This document shows, one piece after another, positions 24,600 through 38,189 of a stretch of 64,000 bases of DNA; the first letter of the stretch is position 1; each line of letters starts with the position of its first letter. The notes under the pieces were generated by a model that made no database searches, was not told the origin of the DNA, and saw only the letters and a program-made list of their open reading frames with translations. The translations under genes were made by a program, and so were the position numbers. The stretch is from Leucoraja erinacea (Eukaryota), in NCBI RefSeq assembly GCF_028641065.1, contig NC_073415.1, positions 9,238,001 to 9,302,000 on the forward strand. The letters are read 5' to 3'.

Positions 24600-24869
24600 G
24601 CACTCCCACAATTTATTACCCGGTCACACCAGTTCTGTTATCCCACTAATGCATCCACTCCCTGCACGCTAGCGGCAATTCACAGAGGTCAATTAACTAC
24701 AAACCCGCACATCTCTGGGATGTGGGAGGAAACCAGAGCACAGGGAGGACACCCTTGCGGTCACAGTCAGGGAGAACATGCAAACTCCACACAGACAGCA
24801 CACCAGGTGAGGATTGAACCCGGGTCTCTGGTGCTGTGAGGCAGCAGCTCTACCAGCTGCGCCGCCGTG
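24600..24869 (-). mobile_element. V-SINE (HE1-like)
   Basis: Family similarity; tail at about 24410-24460 is separated by a CR1 3' fragment. Confidence 0.8.
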
Positions 24870-24897
24870 TTATAAATTTTGAAGCTGAAATCCTCAC

Positions 24898-25026
24898 CCT
24901 GTGCGTTCCCCGTGGTTGGTGTCCAAGAGTCTTCACCAGCGCCTTCTCACCATCCTGGGCTAATCGCCTAAGGTCCCAGATGTTAACGTTCCTGTCCCTG
25001 GATCCCGAAATACATAGCGAGGCATT
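24898..25026 (-). CDS. FBXW9: FBXW9 coding exon 3
   Basis: 129 nt, [22 protein letters not shown]...GTHR. Confidence 0.93.
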
Positions 25027-25270
25027 CTGGAGAACATGAAGGAGCAGGAATGATTAAACAGCGCGTGCAGGCAGAGAGAGAGACAGACAGAAGTAAAGCG
25101 AGATAGAAGGGGGGGGGGGGGGGGGGAGAGGGAGGGAGGGTCGGAGAGGAGAGAGAGAGAGAGAGAGAGGAGGGAGAGGGTAGAGAGAGGGATGGAGGGG
25201 GGGGATGGAGGGGGATAATTGGATTTGCTGGGATGGGCTGGTGAGTACGCGCCAAGAGCTGGAGCATCAC

Positions 25271-25410
25271 CTGAATGAGCAGCACTGAGTCCACCGAGGC
25301 AAAGTGGCCATCGGCCAGTGTGAAATGCTCCACCTTCGGGTTGGTGCCTGACCAGTGGGAAAGGTGCTCCTCGAGCTCAATGCACGCAGTCGGCCAATCA
25401 AAATCTTTAC
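25271..25410 (-). CDS. FBXW9: FBXW9 coding exon 2
   Basis: 140 nt, [19 protein letters not shown]...[19 protein letters not shown]. Confidence 0.93.
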
Positions 25411-26263
25411 CTGTTTAAAAAAAAGTAATAAAATTAAACAGAGTTAAGTCTGACTAAATCTCTCTGACCTCTCCACATCAAGCTCAGTCTTTTCCCATTC
25501 TCACCCTGGTCTCAACCACACACCTCCCCAGCGGGTTTCTATACATGCCATGGGGCTTGTACTTGTTCCAGACTCACAGATCTTACCCTAACGCTGTTAC
25601 TACCACCACCGCCTTCCTTCGCTCCCAGGGCTCGCACCCTACCTTCTATCGCTCAACTACTTCTTCCCCACTCCAGCAGTCTGGAGCTTGTGTCTCGTAA
25701 GAGGTGGATCCTCTTATCTTTTCTCAGCTAAGGGGTGATCTTATGAAGGTGTATCAAATCATGATGTGAATAGATTAGGTGAATGTGCAGAGTCTTTTAC
25801 CCAGGATAGGGGAATCAAGAACAAGAGGACATAACTTCAGAGGGGCAAGATTTAATACCACCCTGAAGTGCATCTTTTCCACTCAGATGTCGGTGGCTAT
25901 GTGGAATGGACTGCCGCAGAAGGTAGTCGAGGAAAGTACATTAACAACATTTAAAAGACACTTGGGCAGGTACATGGATAGAATTTTTTTAGCAGGATAT
26001 AGACTAAATATAGGCAAATGGGACTAGCTTAGATGCCAACTTTGGTCTGCATGGACAAAAGTTAGGGGGTAAATTTGTTGATTCTGAATTTGTACATTTT
26101 TTTTCTCATTGACTGACTGTGTTTGGTTCTGGTATGCCGGTATCTGTTCATCATTAGTTGTTCATAAATAAGTGAAATGACATTGTTATGTGCTATTAAA
26201 GTTACCAGGGGTAAACGGGGCGAACAAGGTGGGGAACCCCTGGTCTATGCGCTGGTCACCAAC

Positions 26264-26708
26264 CTTCCAACACTGGGTAGGTCAAGCCAAGGATCTTCTG
26301 CGCCCGTATTCTCCAGGTCACCTCATCGGTCAGGACGCACTGGAATGCTCGGCACACCAAGGGGAGGACTCCGAGCACGAACCTGGCATCCAGGTAGGAG
26401 CAGATCTCCAGGACCAGCTCCCAGGGGAGGGAGAGGAGTCTGGACTGCATGTTGTCGATGGGCAGCACCTGACTGGTCCGCAGCCGAACACTTAGGTCAG
26501 AGGCGCTGGACTTGCTGCCGCGCGGCTGCTGCTGCTGCTGCTCGCTGCACGGCTCCAGTGGGCAGCTGCGGGGCCGGGGGCCGCACAGCTCGGGGTTGCG
26601 CACGTGGTCCATGTACTCCTGGGCCTGCAGCTCCAGCTCATCCTCCTGCTCCAACTCTCCCTCGGTTGGAGGCGGATCGCACGGGCCGTCGCTCACTCCG
26701 CTTGCCAT
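26264..26708 (-). CDS. FBXW9: FBXW9 coding exon 1 (F-box)
   Basis: ATG at 26708 (MASGVSD...), F-box LLSLPWELVLEICSYLDARFVLGVLPLVCR; acceptor just upstream of 26746; spliced CDS is 1413 nt, 470 aa. Confidence 0.92.
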
Positions 26709-27459
26709 CCTGACCTCGCTGCCCCAACCGTCAGCAGAAGAGGCTGCTGAAACACAGGAGCACACATTTACCTGAGATCCTGGAGAAAACCCACGCAGGT
26801 CACGGGGAGAACATAAAAACTCTGCGCAGACAAGCACCCGTAGACTGGATCGAACCCGAGTCTCTGGCGCTGTACGGCAGCAACTCTACCGCTGCGCCAC
26901 CGTGCCGTGCTCTCTCCATCTCTGAAGAAGGGTCCCGACCCGAAACATCACGTATCCATGTTCTCCAGAGATGCTGCCTGACCCGCTGTGTTCATTTTGT
27001 GTAAACTACCATCTGTAGTTCCTTATTTCTATTCTTCATCTCTGGAGGATATGGATAACAACTTTTCAGGCCGGGACCTTTCAGTCTTCCTACCTCGGAA
27101 GATCAATGGAACATTGACAGTGCTAGTTCTGTGGTCAAAGAGAAGCAAACAACAACTACACTCCAATAACCAAGCTATAAATTCATGACGTGCAAATAGA
27201 AAATAGTGAATACCAGACATACATTTCAGGAATGGTCCTCAGCGGAGAAACATGGATGGAAAACGTCTCCACAAATCATGTGATGGCACATTGCGGTTCA
27301 TCAGTTGGACTGACGTCCAGTCTCACCAGCCTGTCTCTCACAGTGAGGATCGATATGACAGTGTGGGGTGAGGAAGACTCTGCTCCCAGGTGATGCCTGA
27401 AGAATCAGGTCTAATCAAACAAAAAGCACACGAACTTTAACCCACTTCTAAGCAAATTA

Positions 27460-27600
27460 GCCATTTTCCTATGCTCAATATCTAAACAGTACAGGAAGAT
27501 GCAAATAGATAGATCAGAGTGAAATTGGGATGGAGAATTTAAATGACAGGCCAGAGGAAACTCAAACATAGATGCTCCACAAAGCAATAACCCAGCCAAT
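27460..27600 (-). mobile_element. Old Penelope-like GIY-YIG C-terminal remnant
   Basis: Degenerate FVEHL..FPLACHLNSPSQFHSDLSI, resembling 46432-46668. Confidence 0.55.
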
Positions 27601-28629
27601 CTCTAATAGCCCAATCTGTGTTTGGTTCCTCCCAGGCAAGAGATCACATTGTGGACACTGAATGTAATGCACAATCCAATCCCTTCCCTCATTGTCTCGG
27701 TGTCGGCATTCTTTCCCAGTTCAACTCAGACCTGAAATATCAACTGTTTGTCCTTCCACAGATGCTGCCTGACCTGCAATGTTCCCAGCATTTTACATTT
27801 GTGAATTTTCAGGTTTGTAGCATCTGCTATTTATTTGTTAATCTTCATCTACTGAAGCTGGACACAAAATGTTTACACTGACTTATTTAGAGTCATAGTG
27901 AACTATAGTGGAAACAGGCCCTTCGGCACAACTTGCCCACTCCAGCCAACATGTCCCAGCTACACTTGTCCCACCTGTCCGCCTCTGGTCAATATCCCTA
28001 CAAATCTGTCCTATCCATGTAACTGTCTGTTTCTTAAACCTCAACTACCTCCTCTAGCAGCTTGTTCCATACACCCACCACTCTTTGTGTGAAAAAGTTA
28101 CCCCTCAGATTCCTTTTTCCCCTTCACCTTAAACCTATGTCCTCTGATTCTCGATTCATCTACTCTGGACAAGAGATTTGTTAATCTTCATTCACTGAAG
28201 CTCCGTGGCTCATTTAGATAATTACCAGACCCACCGGAGAAGGAAATGGGAGGAGGCTAACACCAGACATCATCTCCACACCACACCACAACCCACTCTG
28301 GCTCCCTTGCCCCCACCACCCTGGACCTGTCAGGCCTCAAGATTCAGGTCTGATCAAATAAAATTCACAAGTACTTTTTCCCCATGTTTAAGTAAACAAG
28401 TAAATTTTCCCATGCTCAAATTCTAAACAAAATCTCCAAAAAATTAAAGGATTAAAATGTTCAAATCGTGACTTTGCAAACAAAGGCAATTTCTTACATT
28501 GGTTTGAGGGTTAGTAATCTAAGGATTGGCAATCAGAGCAAAAAGGAAATTATTAGATCTTTGACCCCAGGACTCCCCCAACCACCCCCTGACCCACAAC
28601 AGCAAATGTCAGTTGTTGCTCCCTTCTCA

Positions 28630-28890
28630 GTGTAAAGGCCTGGATGGTGTGGATGTGGAGAGGATGTCTCCACTAGTGGGAGAGTCCAGGAATCGAGGTC
28701 ATGGGCTCAGAATTAAAGGACGTTCCTTTAGGAAGGAGATGAGGAGGAATTTCTTTAGTCAGAGAGCGGTGAATATGTGGAATTCATTGCCACACACGGC
28801 CAACCCAGCGGATAGAGACAGATAGATTCTGGATTAGTAGTGTGTCAGTGTGTGTTTATGGGGAGAAGGCAGGAGAATGGGGTTAAGAGA
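28630..28890 (+). mobile_element. CR1 LINE 3' fragment running into a tandem array
   Basis: KGLDGVDVERMSPLVGESRNRGH..FFSQRAVNMWNSLP. Confidence 0.85.
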
Positions 28891-29537
28891 GAGAGATAGA
28901 TCAGCTTGATGGGCTGAATGGCCTAATTATGCTCCTATGGGAGAGATAGATCAGCTTGATGGGCTGAATGGCCTAATTATGCTCCATGGGAGAGATAGAT
29001 CAGCTTGATGGGCTGAATGGCCTAATTATGCTCCTATGGGAGAGATAGATCAGCTTGATGGGCTGAATGGCCTAATTATGCTCCTATGGGAGAGATAGAT
29101 CAGCTTGATGGGCTGAATGCCCTAATTATGCTCCATGGGAGAGATAAGATCAGCTTGATGTGCTGAATGGCCTAATTATGCTCCTATGGGAGAGATAGAT
29201 CAGCTTGATGGGCTGAATGACCTAATTATGCTCCATGGGAGAGATAGATCAGCTTGATGGGCTGACTGGCCTAATTATGCTCCTATGGGAGAGATAGATC
29301 AGCTTGATGGGCTGAATGGCCTAATTATGCTCCTATGGGAGAGATAGATCAACTTGATGGGCTGAATGGCCTAATTACGCTCCATGGGAGAGATAGATCA
29401 GCTTGATGGGCTGAATGGCCTAATTATGCTCCTATGGGAGAGATAGATCAGCTTGATGGGCTGAATGGCCTAATTATGCTCCTATGGGAGAGATAGATCA
29501 ACTTGATGGGCTGAATGGCTTAATTCTGCTCCTATGG
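28891..29537 (+). repeat. Tandem array, about 13 x 50 bp, derived from the CR1 3' terminus
   Basis: Unit GAGAGATAGATCAGCTTGATGGGCTGAATGGCCTAATTATGCTCCTATGG with 49-bp variants. Confidence 0.95.
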
Positions 29538-29949
29538 CCTTGTGAGATGAGAGCCTTGGGCTGGGCTGGGCGCTGCTGGGGTGAAGCAATGGAATAATTG
29601 TATTGTATTGTATTGTATTCAAATTTATTGTCATTGTCTCAATTTGAGACAACGAAATGAATTTCCCTTACAGGCAGTATCGTTAAAAACAAATCACAAG
29701 AAAAATAATAAAAATAAATAATAAATAAATAATAAAACATATTAAAAATAAAATTGAATTAAAAATTCAATAAGGTGAAGCATGGAATAATCTTCACCCT
29801 ACCATAGTTACCCAGCCAGATACAACTACATTTAAGGTAGCTCTTTCTTCCCCAAAACCCTTTCTGGTTTAATTCCTCCCTCCAGTTTAATTTCCATGTG
29901 GAATATTTTGAGGGGCCATGAAACCAAGAGGAGCGGGCGGTGCGTGTAC

Positions 29950-30200
29950 CTCAGGCCGGCGGCAACCTGTCCCCGTCCCCGTCCCCGTCCCCGAACCGAC
30001 GCCGCCGCATCCCGCCCATTGCAGCGTCGCGCTCTCCTCGCGTCACAAACACCACGTGGCGCGGCGCCCGCGTATGACGTCACCGCCAGCGTCACTTGAC
30101 CACCGTGATTGGACCGGTAGACGGACCACGTGCTCCCATCCGTTGTCAAGGGTAACGGGATGGAACCAGGAAGTAGCGCCCCCCTCCCCCCCCCTCACCA
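29950..30200 (-). promoter_or_regulatory. FBXW9: Probable FBXW9 non-coding exon 1 and CpG-island promoter
   Basis: CpG-rich; candidate donor at 29949; CRE TGACGTCA 30075-30082; E-boxes CACGTG 30053-30058 and 30127-30132; CCAAT on minus near 30108; ETS-like CAGGAAGT near 30167. Confidence 0.65.
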
Positions 30201-30389
30201 ATGTGGCTGGTGTTCTCTCCAAATATACTCTTCTAGTATAGAAGAATAGTATGAAGGGTTTCGGCCCGAATCGTTGCCTATTTCCTTCGCTCCATAGATG
30301 CTGCTGCACCCGCTGAGTTTCTCCAGCTTTTTTGTGTAACCTTCGATTCTCCAGCATCTGCAGTTCCCTCTTAAATACTCCTCTAGTAT

Positions 30390-30885
30390 CTTTGGTTCTC
30401 TCTACTCACCACCTCTGGGTTCTGATCCGCCATTATGTGGCTGGTGGTCTCTCTACTCACCACCTCTGGCTGCCCCCCCCCTCATGAATGTGGCTGGAGG
30501 TCCCTCTAATCACCACCTCTGGGCTGTCTCCCCCATCATTAATGTGGCTGGTGGTCTCTTTACTCATTGCCTCTGGGCTGTCTCCCACATCATTAATGTG
30601 GCTGGTGGTCTCTTTACTCATTGCCTCTGGGCTGTCTCCCACATCATTAATGTGTGGCTGGTGGTCTCTTTACTCATTGCCTCTGGGCTGTCTCCCCCAT
30701 CATTATTGTAGGCGGCAGACCCTCTACTCATGGGCTGCCTGGTCCACCATTATGTAGCTGGTGGACTCCCTGCTCATCATCTCTGGGCTGTCTCCGCCAT
30801 CATATTGTAGGCGGCGGACCCTCTGGTCATCGCCTTTGGGCTGTCTGATCCATTACGTGGCGGGCAGTCCCTGTACTCATGATCT
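30390..30885. repeat. Degenerate 54-bp minisatellite
   Basis: Unit AATGTGGCTGGTGGTCTCTTTACTCATTGCCTCTGGGCTGTCTCCCACATCATT at 30541, 30595 and 30649, decaying outward. Confidence 0.85.
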
Positions 30886-30889
30886 CTGG

Positions 30890-31660
30890 TGTCCGGTGGG
30901 CGGCGCGACTCTTGTCAGCAGCGGCCTCTGCAGCCCGTCCGCGTTTTATTATTTTCTGTCTATGTTTTTATGGAGTTTTTGTTATTTTTTGTTGGGGTGT
31001 GTGTGTGGGGGTGGGTGGGAGGGGGGGGTAACGTTTAAATCTTTTCTCGTCGGGTCTGCACGTTGGGGCTGCAGACGGCCTCCAACAGGACCTGGTGCCG
31101 ACGACTCACCTCACCGTCGCGGAGCTGGCCGAGTCCGGACGTTGGAGCGGTGGAGGAGCGCTGCTGCTGCGGCCCGAATGAGGAGCGGCAACTGCCAGGC
31201 GGGCGGCGGCACAGGAAGGGAGACCGGCTCTCGCAACGGCGACTTCTCCCGCCCGAGTTGCGGGGGTCGAAGAGCTCCTGGAGCGGGGCCTAACATCACT
31301 GCCCCGCGCGGCTTGGAATGGCCGCGGGACTCTGCGAGCGCACGCCGGGGGCTCTAACACCAAGACCCGGTGTGCGAACTCGCACCACCCGGCGTGGCTT
31401 TAATGGCCACGGGACAATTGCCATCGCCAGCCGGGGGCTTTTTGACTTTGACTCTGACATCGGGGGGGGGGGGGGGGGGGGGGGGGGGGGAGTGCAGTGG
31501 AGAGATAAGTTTATTTGGCCTTCCATCACAGCGATGTGATGGATGTTTATGTAAATTATGTTGTGTCTTGGGTCTATTTGTTTGTAATGTATGGCTGCAG
31601 AAACGGCATTTTGTTTGGACCTCAAGGGGTCCAAATGACAATTAAATGTATCTTGTATCT
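30890..31660 (+). mobile_element. GC-rich non-autonomous retroposon
   Basis: 3' end ATGGCTGCAGAAACGG...AATGACAATTAAA(TGTATCT)2 matches the minus-strand fragments at about 6870-7030 and 7085-7240. Confidence 0.6.
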
Positions 31661-31817
31661 CTGGGATTGTCCCCTCACCATTATCATTTCCCCTTCTTGG
31701 AAAAATAAAGTTCTATCATATCGTACGTATTATGTGACTAACAGTCCCTCTACCTACGACGCAAGTTCCCTGCAACTTCCCTGTTTTGCCCCAGACATGG
31801 GATCACCTAATCTCAAA

Positions 31818-32050
31818 TCATAGAAAATAGGTGCAGGAGGCCATTCGGCCCTTCGAGCCAGCACCGCCATTCATTGTGATCATGGCTGATCGTCCCCTAT
31901 CAATAACCCGTGCCTTCTCTCCCATATCCATCGACTCCACTAGCCCCTAGAGCACTATCTAACTCCCTCTTAAATCCATCCAGTGACCTGGCCTCCACTG
32001 CCCTCTGTGACAGGGAATTCCATAAATTCACAAATCGCTGGGTGAAAAAT
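31818..32050 (-). mobile_element. CR1/HER1-like LINE 3' fragment
   Basis: FFTQRFVNLWNSLSQRAVEARSLDGFKRELD. Confidence 0.85.
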
Positions 32051-35000
32051 CCCCTTAATGCCTTCTTTGAGAACCACCATTTCCCCTTTTGTTTATTAGT
32101 CATGTGGATTGCTTTAGAGAGTGTAAAGCAAAGGGACGTTTACTTTGTTCGTCGTGTTCAGTGTCGCTGATCAGCATTAATACAACCTATGATATGGATT
32201 GAAGATTACACAGAAAAGCTGGAGAAACTCAGCGGGTGCAGCAGCATCTATGGAGCGAAGGAAATAGGCATATGGATTGAAGAAGTGGTCTGAAGATGGA
32301 TGCACACAAAACATCACCCATCTCTGGTTACACAGGCTGGAGAAACTCATGCAGCATCTATGGAGCGAAGGAAATAGGCAACGTTTCCTTGCTTCTGAAG
32401 AAGGGTTAGGCAAACGTTACCTATTTCCTTCCTCCATAGATGCTGCTGCACCCGCTGAGTTTCTCCAGCTTTTCTGTGTACTCGATCCCAATGTTCCCTG
32501 GGAGAATCTCTGTTCTAAGATGATGCCCAGATTAGCTGTTAGCAACACATCTCCTCATATTCCACCCTCCAATGTATGGGAGAAGCTAAATGATAATTAT
32601 TAACAGCACCTCATATTCCACCTCTAATCTACAAATACAATAGACTGAACATCCAGTTTTCTCCCTCCTTTCTCTCCACAGCCATCACCCACCAGTTTCT
32701 TCCCCCTCTCCCACTTAATCATCACCATTCCTCGTGTTTTGTTTCCATCTGCCACTATCACTTTGTTTCCACTCATTACCTGCCCTCAGAATCTGCAGCC
32801 TCTCGATTATCTGTAACTTTTCTCCACCATTCCTTCCTCCTGACGATTCTTCAATCACTCTTCCTCATCTACATACAGCCATTGCTTGCTACCTCTTGCC
32901 CCATACCTCTTTATACCAGCTACTCTTTCAGCTCAGATGAAAGGTCCCAACACAAAATGGCAATTGGCAATTTCCTTCCAGGCCTGCTGTGCTCCTCCAG
33001 TTGTTTTTGCTTCGAATTCCAGTTTGAAGTCTCTAATGCTTGCAGTCTACCAAGGTGCTTTTGACGTTTGCAGAACATTCTCAGGCACAGGTGTCAGAGG
33101 GTAATTATTTTGTATGCTATAAATAGCTAACCTGGAGCTTTCACACTCCTGTGGAATAGCCTAAAGCACATAGTTCAGAGCAATTAATTTCCACATTTCA
33201 CAGCTGGATGTATTTGTTCCAAGAAACACAGGCAACACTTATCTTCATCAAGGATAGACAATTGTCTATCATTTACCTCAAGGATAGACAAAATGCTGGA
33301 ACAACTCAGCAGGACAGGCAGCATCTCTGGAACAATTTTACCTCATCAGGTTCCACTTATTGCCCAGTCTCTGAACTTCCCCTCCACATCGGCCATCATC
33401 CTCAATTGAACAGCACTTTCCACTGACTAGTTAGCACGTAACAAAAGCTTTTCACTGTACCTCGGCACACATGACAATAAGCTAAACTAAAAAAACAGTA
33501 AACTAAATAAAGGGCTCGAAAGTGCAAGTAGTAAGCAATATGTGTTCAATCAATTATATTTAATTTGCTACTAGTTTGAAGTATTAACTAGAAATTCTCT
33601 CTACATATATGGTTTGGTTCACTATGCTTACAGCATTCAGATGTACACAGCATTTTTTTAAATTTCTATTGAACTGTACATGCAGTTCATTGAATAATTT
33701 GCTCCATATCTATCTCAGGAAGCAGCAGCAGTCACAGAATCATACAGTACATAAACATGCCCTTCAGCTCAACCTGTCCATGCCAACCACGATGCTCCAT
33801 CTTAGCTAGTCCCATATGGCTATATCCCTCTTCCTATGCATGCACCTGTCAAAGTATCCTTGAAACATTATTGTACCTGCCTCAACTACCACCTCTGGCA
33901 GCTCACTGCATGAACACACCACCATGAAAAAAAACACTGCGCCTCGGGTTCCTATTCTTTCTCCTCACCTTCTGGTCCTCAGCTCCCCTACTCTGGGTAA
34001 AACATACTGCATCACCCTATCTATCCCATTCATGATTTCATACACTTCTATAAGATTACCCCTTAGCCTCTTGCACTACAAGGAATAAAGTCCTAGCTTG
34101 CCCATTTTCTTCTTATAGCTCAGGCCTTCAATTCCTGGCAACAGCCTCAAAGGTTCTCTGCATCCAGTGCTAGTGCAAAGGTAGGTGCTTTCCAGTGCTG
34201 CCCAGGTATTGTGCAACTGATTCTTTCGAAATGACCTGCTTACTTTTATGTGAAATGATTGTGGTTTCCAAGTACACACTGGAGCTTTGCAAATCCACGA
34301 TAAATTGATGCAAGTGCAGCCAAAAGCCACCAACCCGACATATTGTATTCAAAAGTAGCAAAACAAATAGGAAAATAGATTTCTTTACTGTTCAGCCAGA
34401 TAAACATTCATACTTACAGTTCTTGTATAATAATTAGCAGGCACCAAGGAAAGGGGTGGGTAGGTTATAACACATTAGGAAGTGATCAGTGTTTGGGTGC
34501 CTCAACTCTATAGCAACACGCCAACAAAGGGAACAAATACTTCATTGACTTGAATTGGCAGCTTGGAAAAGCCAATACACACAGCCCGTGACCAATAATA
34601 GGGATAAAGCTCATTTATTGCACTGTTGAGATAGTGTGAAGCAGAGAGATTCAAGGGAAGTGCCTTAAAGGATTCAAGAAAGGATCCACAGAAAACAGAA
34701 AAAGCAAAGGTGTGGGCTCATATTAGACGAGTAAAAATAAGCAGTCACCCAGGTAGAAGGCATTTAAGGTAAGGCTCAGCATTGGAATATATGCAATATT
34801 TGCAACAAATAAACAGCACGTAAAAGGAAAGATTTGCTTAAGCAGTGAAACAACTATAAAATTAAATTCAGAGGAGAAAAGCATAGGAAATAACATTTGA
34901 CTGAAATAAATTCAATGGAAGCCAACAGAATAAATTAAGTAAAGTGTTATAGATAGGGTAGATAATTAGAACCTTTTCTCTCTAGGATCAAAATTTCAAA

Positions 35001-38000
35001 GACGAGAGAGCATAGCTTTAAGGTGACAGAGGCAAAGGTTAAACGGGATTCACAGGGCAAGTTCAGAAAAAAGTGGTGGGTGTTTGGAAGAGTTGTGGTG
35101 GAAGCAGATACAACGTGGCGACTCTTGTATTTCTATACACTTTGTAGTTAATCTGGGATTGTGTTTATGTATAGTAATACTTTACTGAACTGTATGCAAA
35201 AATAGCATCACTTTTCCTTGCCACATGATAAAAGAACCATTGAAAAGAATTGTATAAGTATTGTAATTTTAGAGCTTTGGTGAGACCATATCTGTACATA
35301 GATTGTTTAAAAAAAAAATTAAAGTACTTGGCAAACAAGTGCATTAGGCATTCACTGGATTGGAGATACCGCACAGAAACAGGCTTTTCTGTCCACTGAG
35401 TCCACGTTAACCAGTGATCACCCATACACTAGTTCTACCCAACACACAAGGGACAATTTAAAGAAGCTACAATCTTGCAAGTCCTTGGAGTGTGGGAGGA
35501 AAGCAGAACACCTGGAGAAAACCCACATGGTCACAGGGGGAAGTGTGAGTGTAAATATGAGTGTAAAATATGATCCAATTGTTGCACAGAATCAAATTAA
35601 ATCTTCAACTCCTTACCAGTATCCAAGATCTGTACATTGAGTGTCAAGACTGACCAAGACCCAGAAGCTCAGGCCTGCTGCACTTTTGAGACTCCAGGAA
35701 CTAGCATATCCAGCTGTTCCAATAACTTGCAGCTGTGGTCCGTATTTAGCATACCCATACCCCATTCCCCGGGCAAAGTAGAGATCAAAGCACTCTAATT
35801 AATAGATTTCAGACTGGAGTACCAGCATGGTCTGAAGGGTCTCGACCTGAAACATCACCTATTCCTTTTCTCCATATATGCTGTCTCACTCGCTGAGTTT
35901 CTCCAGCATTTTTGTCTAGCATAGCTGAAGATGTCAGTTACCCCTTAGTGAAAAGCACCAAGGGCTGAATCGCTCCTGGGGCCAATTATAGAATCCCCCA
36001 ACGTCATCTATTGGATGAGCTCTTTAAACAAACCTTACCTGTTCTGTAAGTTATATTACTTAGTGAGAGCACCAAAGTCTAATCATGTCTGCATTGCTTT
36101 TAATTAATGCTGAGTTGCAATGCAAAACATTTTGACCAGAACAAACTGAAATAATAAAGAACAATTAAAAGAAACACTGAGTGTATATGTGTATCGTTGA
36201 CAGGATCTACTTGTAATGATTTAAACATATTGGATTTGGGGATATATAATGGGTACAAAGGAAATTTTGGGCTTTAAAAACCCCCCCACAAATTATGCGG
36301 CAACTACCCAATCCTGAACTACATTCTTTAGGACGTGAAGGTGGCAGAGAAACAATTTACTTTGATGGTTCTCGATTAGGGAATGAAACTGCCGCACCAC
36401 TTACCATCCCATTCTGATCGCCATCTGATACAATTTCTTCAGTCCAATATCAGATCCGGTAGACTTGAATATACTCAGTGATGGAGCATCCACAGTCCCC
36501 AGAGTGGGGTGGGAGGGTCCAAAATAAAAAACTCATAAAGAAACTTCTCATCTAAATAACCAACCATTCATTATAAAGACTGTGCCCCCTAAAGCTGTCT
36601 CTAGCTTGATATTAGTCTCAGCAAGCATCCAAGCAATCCCTCCCAGAATCTCTATATCTCAATCTCTTCTGAACTCCCATGTAGCCAATAATGCACTTGT
36701 AGATCAGTACCCTCGTCACGGAAATATGTACCTATAATGCAAAACATCCTCAAATACACAGACCAATTCCAAGTTTTATCCCAAAGCCTTGTACCATCTC
36801 AAGTCTTCCTTTATCTTTCCATGTAAACTTCTGTGCAATGAAGGTCGGCATACTTGTTTTCATCATTGCTTGTTGTGACTACCGATTAATATTTGCATAT
36901 CAAGATTGCACAGTACACCACCATATATCACTTCCCTCATCCTTGAAATATTTCTTCTACCAATTATTGCAAACGCCCCGACACAAGTCCCAACTCAAAT
37001 CCCTATGGAAGATGCAACAGACTTGCAAAAAAAATGCACATGGATTAATAAGAACAAAAACAGAAGTAGCTTGTTCCATCATTCACAAAGATCGGTCTCT
37101 ACCTGCCTTTATTTGTCTGCCTCCATCTATCATCTATCCCCTCCCTGGATCCATCCGTCCATCCATATCTCAAAGGAACATTAGATCACCCCCCCTCCCT
37201 TTATTCTGGCCCCTTTCCACTCGGGGTCCCAGTGCAGGGTTCCACTCAAAATGTTGACAAGACGACGTTCAACTCGCTGAGTTTGTTGCTCCATATTCCA
37301 ACATCTGGAGTTCCGAGTCTCCATTTGTTCCAATGGTATTGAGTTAGAAAATCAGCTATCTGGGTCAACATCACCCCAATCCCATGTTATCATCTAGGTG
37401 ACCTTTTGTGTGGTAAATTATCTACTGGTTCAGCTTTAACCAATGTTCACATTATATCCTTAAACTCAACCAGATGTGTCAAATTCTATTTCCCCTTTCA
37501 TCAACCATGTTGATTCTGCTTTATTTACTTACCGTCTAATCGTTCTGGGATTACCTCAATAATGGATTCCAGTTTTTTTTAGTGACAGATTAGGTTTGTT
37601 TCCTGAAGTGGTGGTAGTTCCTGTTTTCTAATCCTTTGGGACATCTGCACAGCGCAGGGCATTTTGGTAAATTACAATGCATTCATGATATCTGCAGTTC
37701 ACTTTATCAACCAGAATCAGGTCAAGTGTACTTGCCAGACTTTAGCTCCAGCAGTCTGCCTAGTTAGTGCCTCTCTCTAGTGTTAACAGATTGTTTTAAA
37801 ATGCTCCTCCTCCTTGTCCCTTGATCATCTTTTACCATCAGTGTTTTTATTAGTGCTTTCTACTGAAGAGCAACTTAAAATTAATCTTCCAGTCTCGTTC
37901 TTTAGGAATCTAGTATTTATTTTAGCTATTCTCTTTATATTCATATGCCAGTAAAGATTTTTTTTTTTAAACATGCATTATTTGCTGCTTTACCATCTAT

Positions 38001-38189
38001 TTATATTTTGTCATCTTTTACTAGATTCTAAAATTATTCTAACCTAGGCAACCTTTAATCTTTGCTACATTTGTTCTTTTCAATGCAATACCTTCCAAAT
38101 CCTCCATAGACAGCTAAAGATAGTGCTTAATTCTTAAAGAGCTTCACTCACTGTGTGGAGGTCAATGCAGCTAAAGCCGAGCTCAAAGA

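Noticed and set aside
28891-29537. CRISPR-like regular repeat array
   Set aside because: Units are head-to-tail with no unique spacers, derive from a CR1 3' end, and the DNA is eukaryotic with no cas genes.
30761-31645. GC-rich ORFs up to 198 aa resembling a CpG-island gene
   Set aside because: They lie within a minisatellite and a GC-rich retroposon whose 3' end recurs elsewhere in the window.
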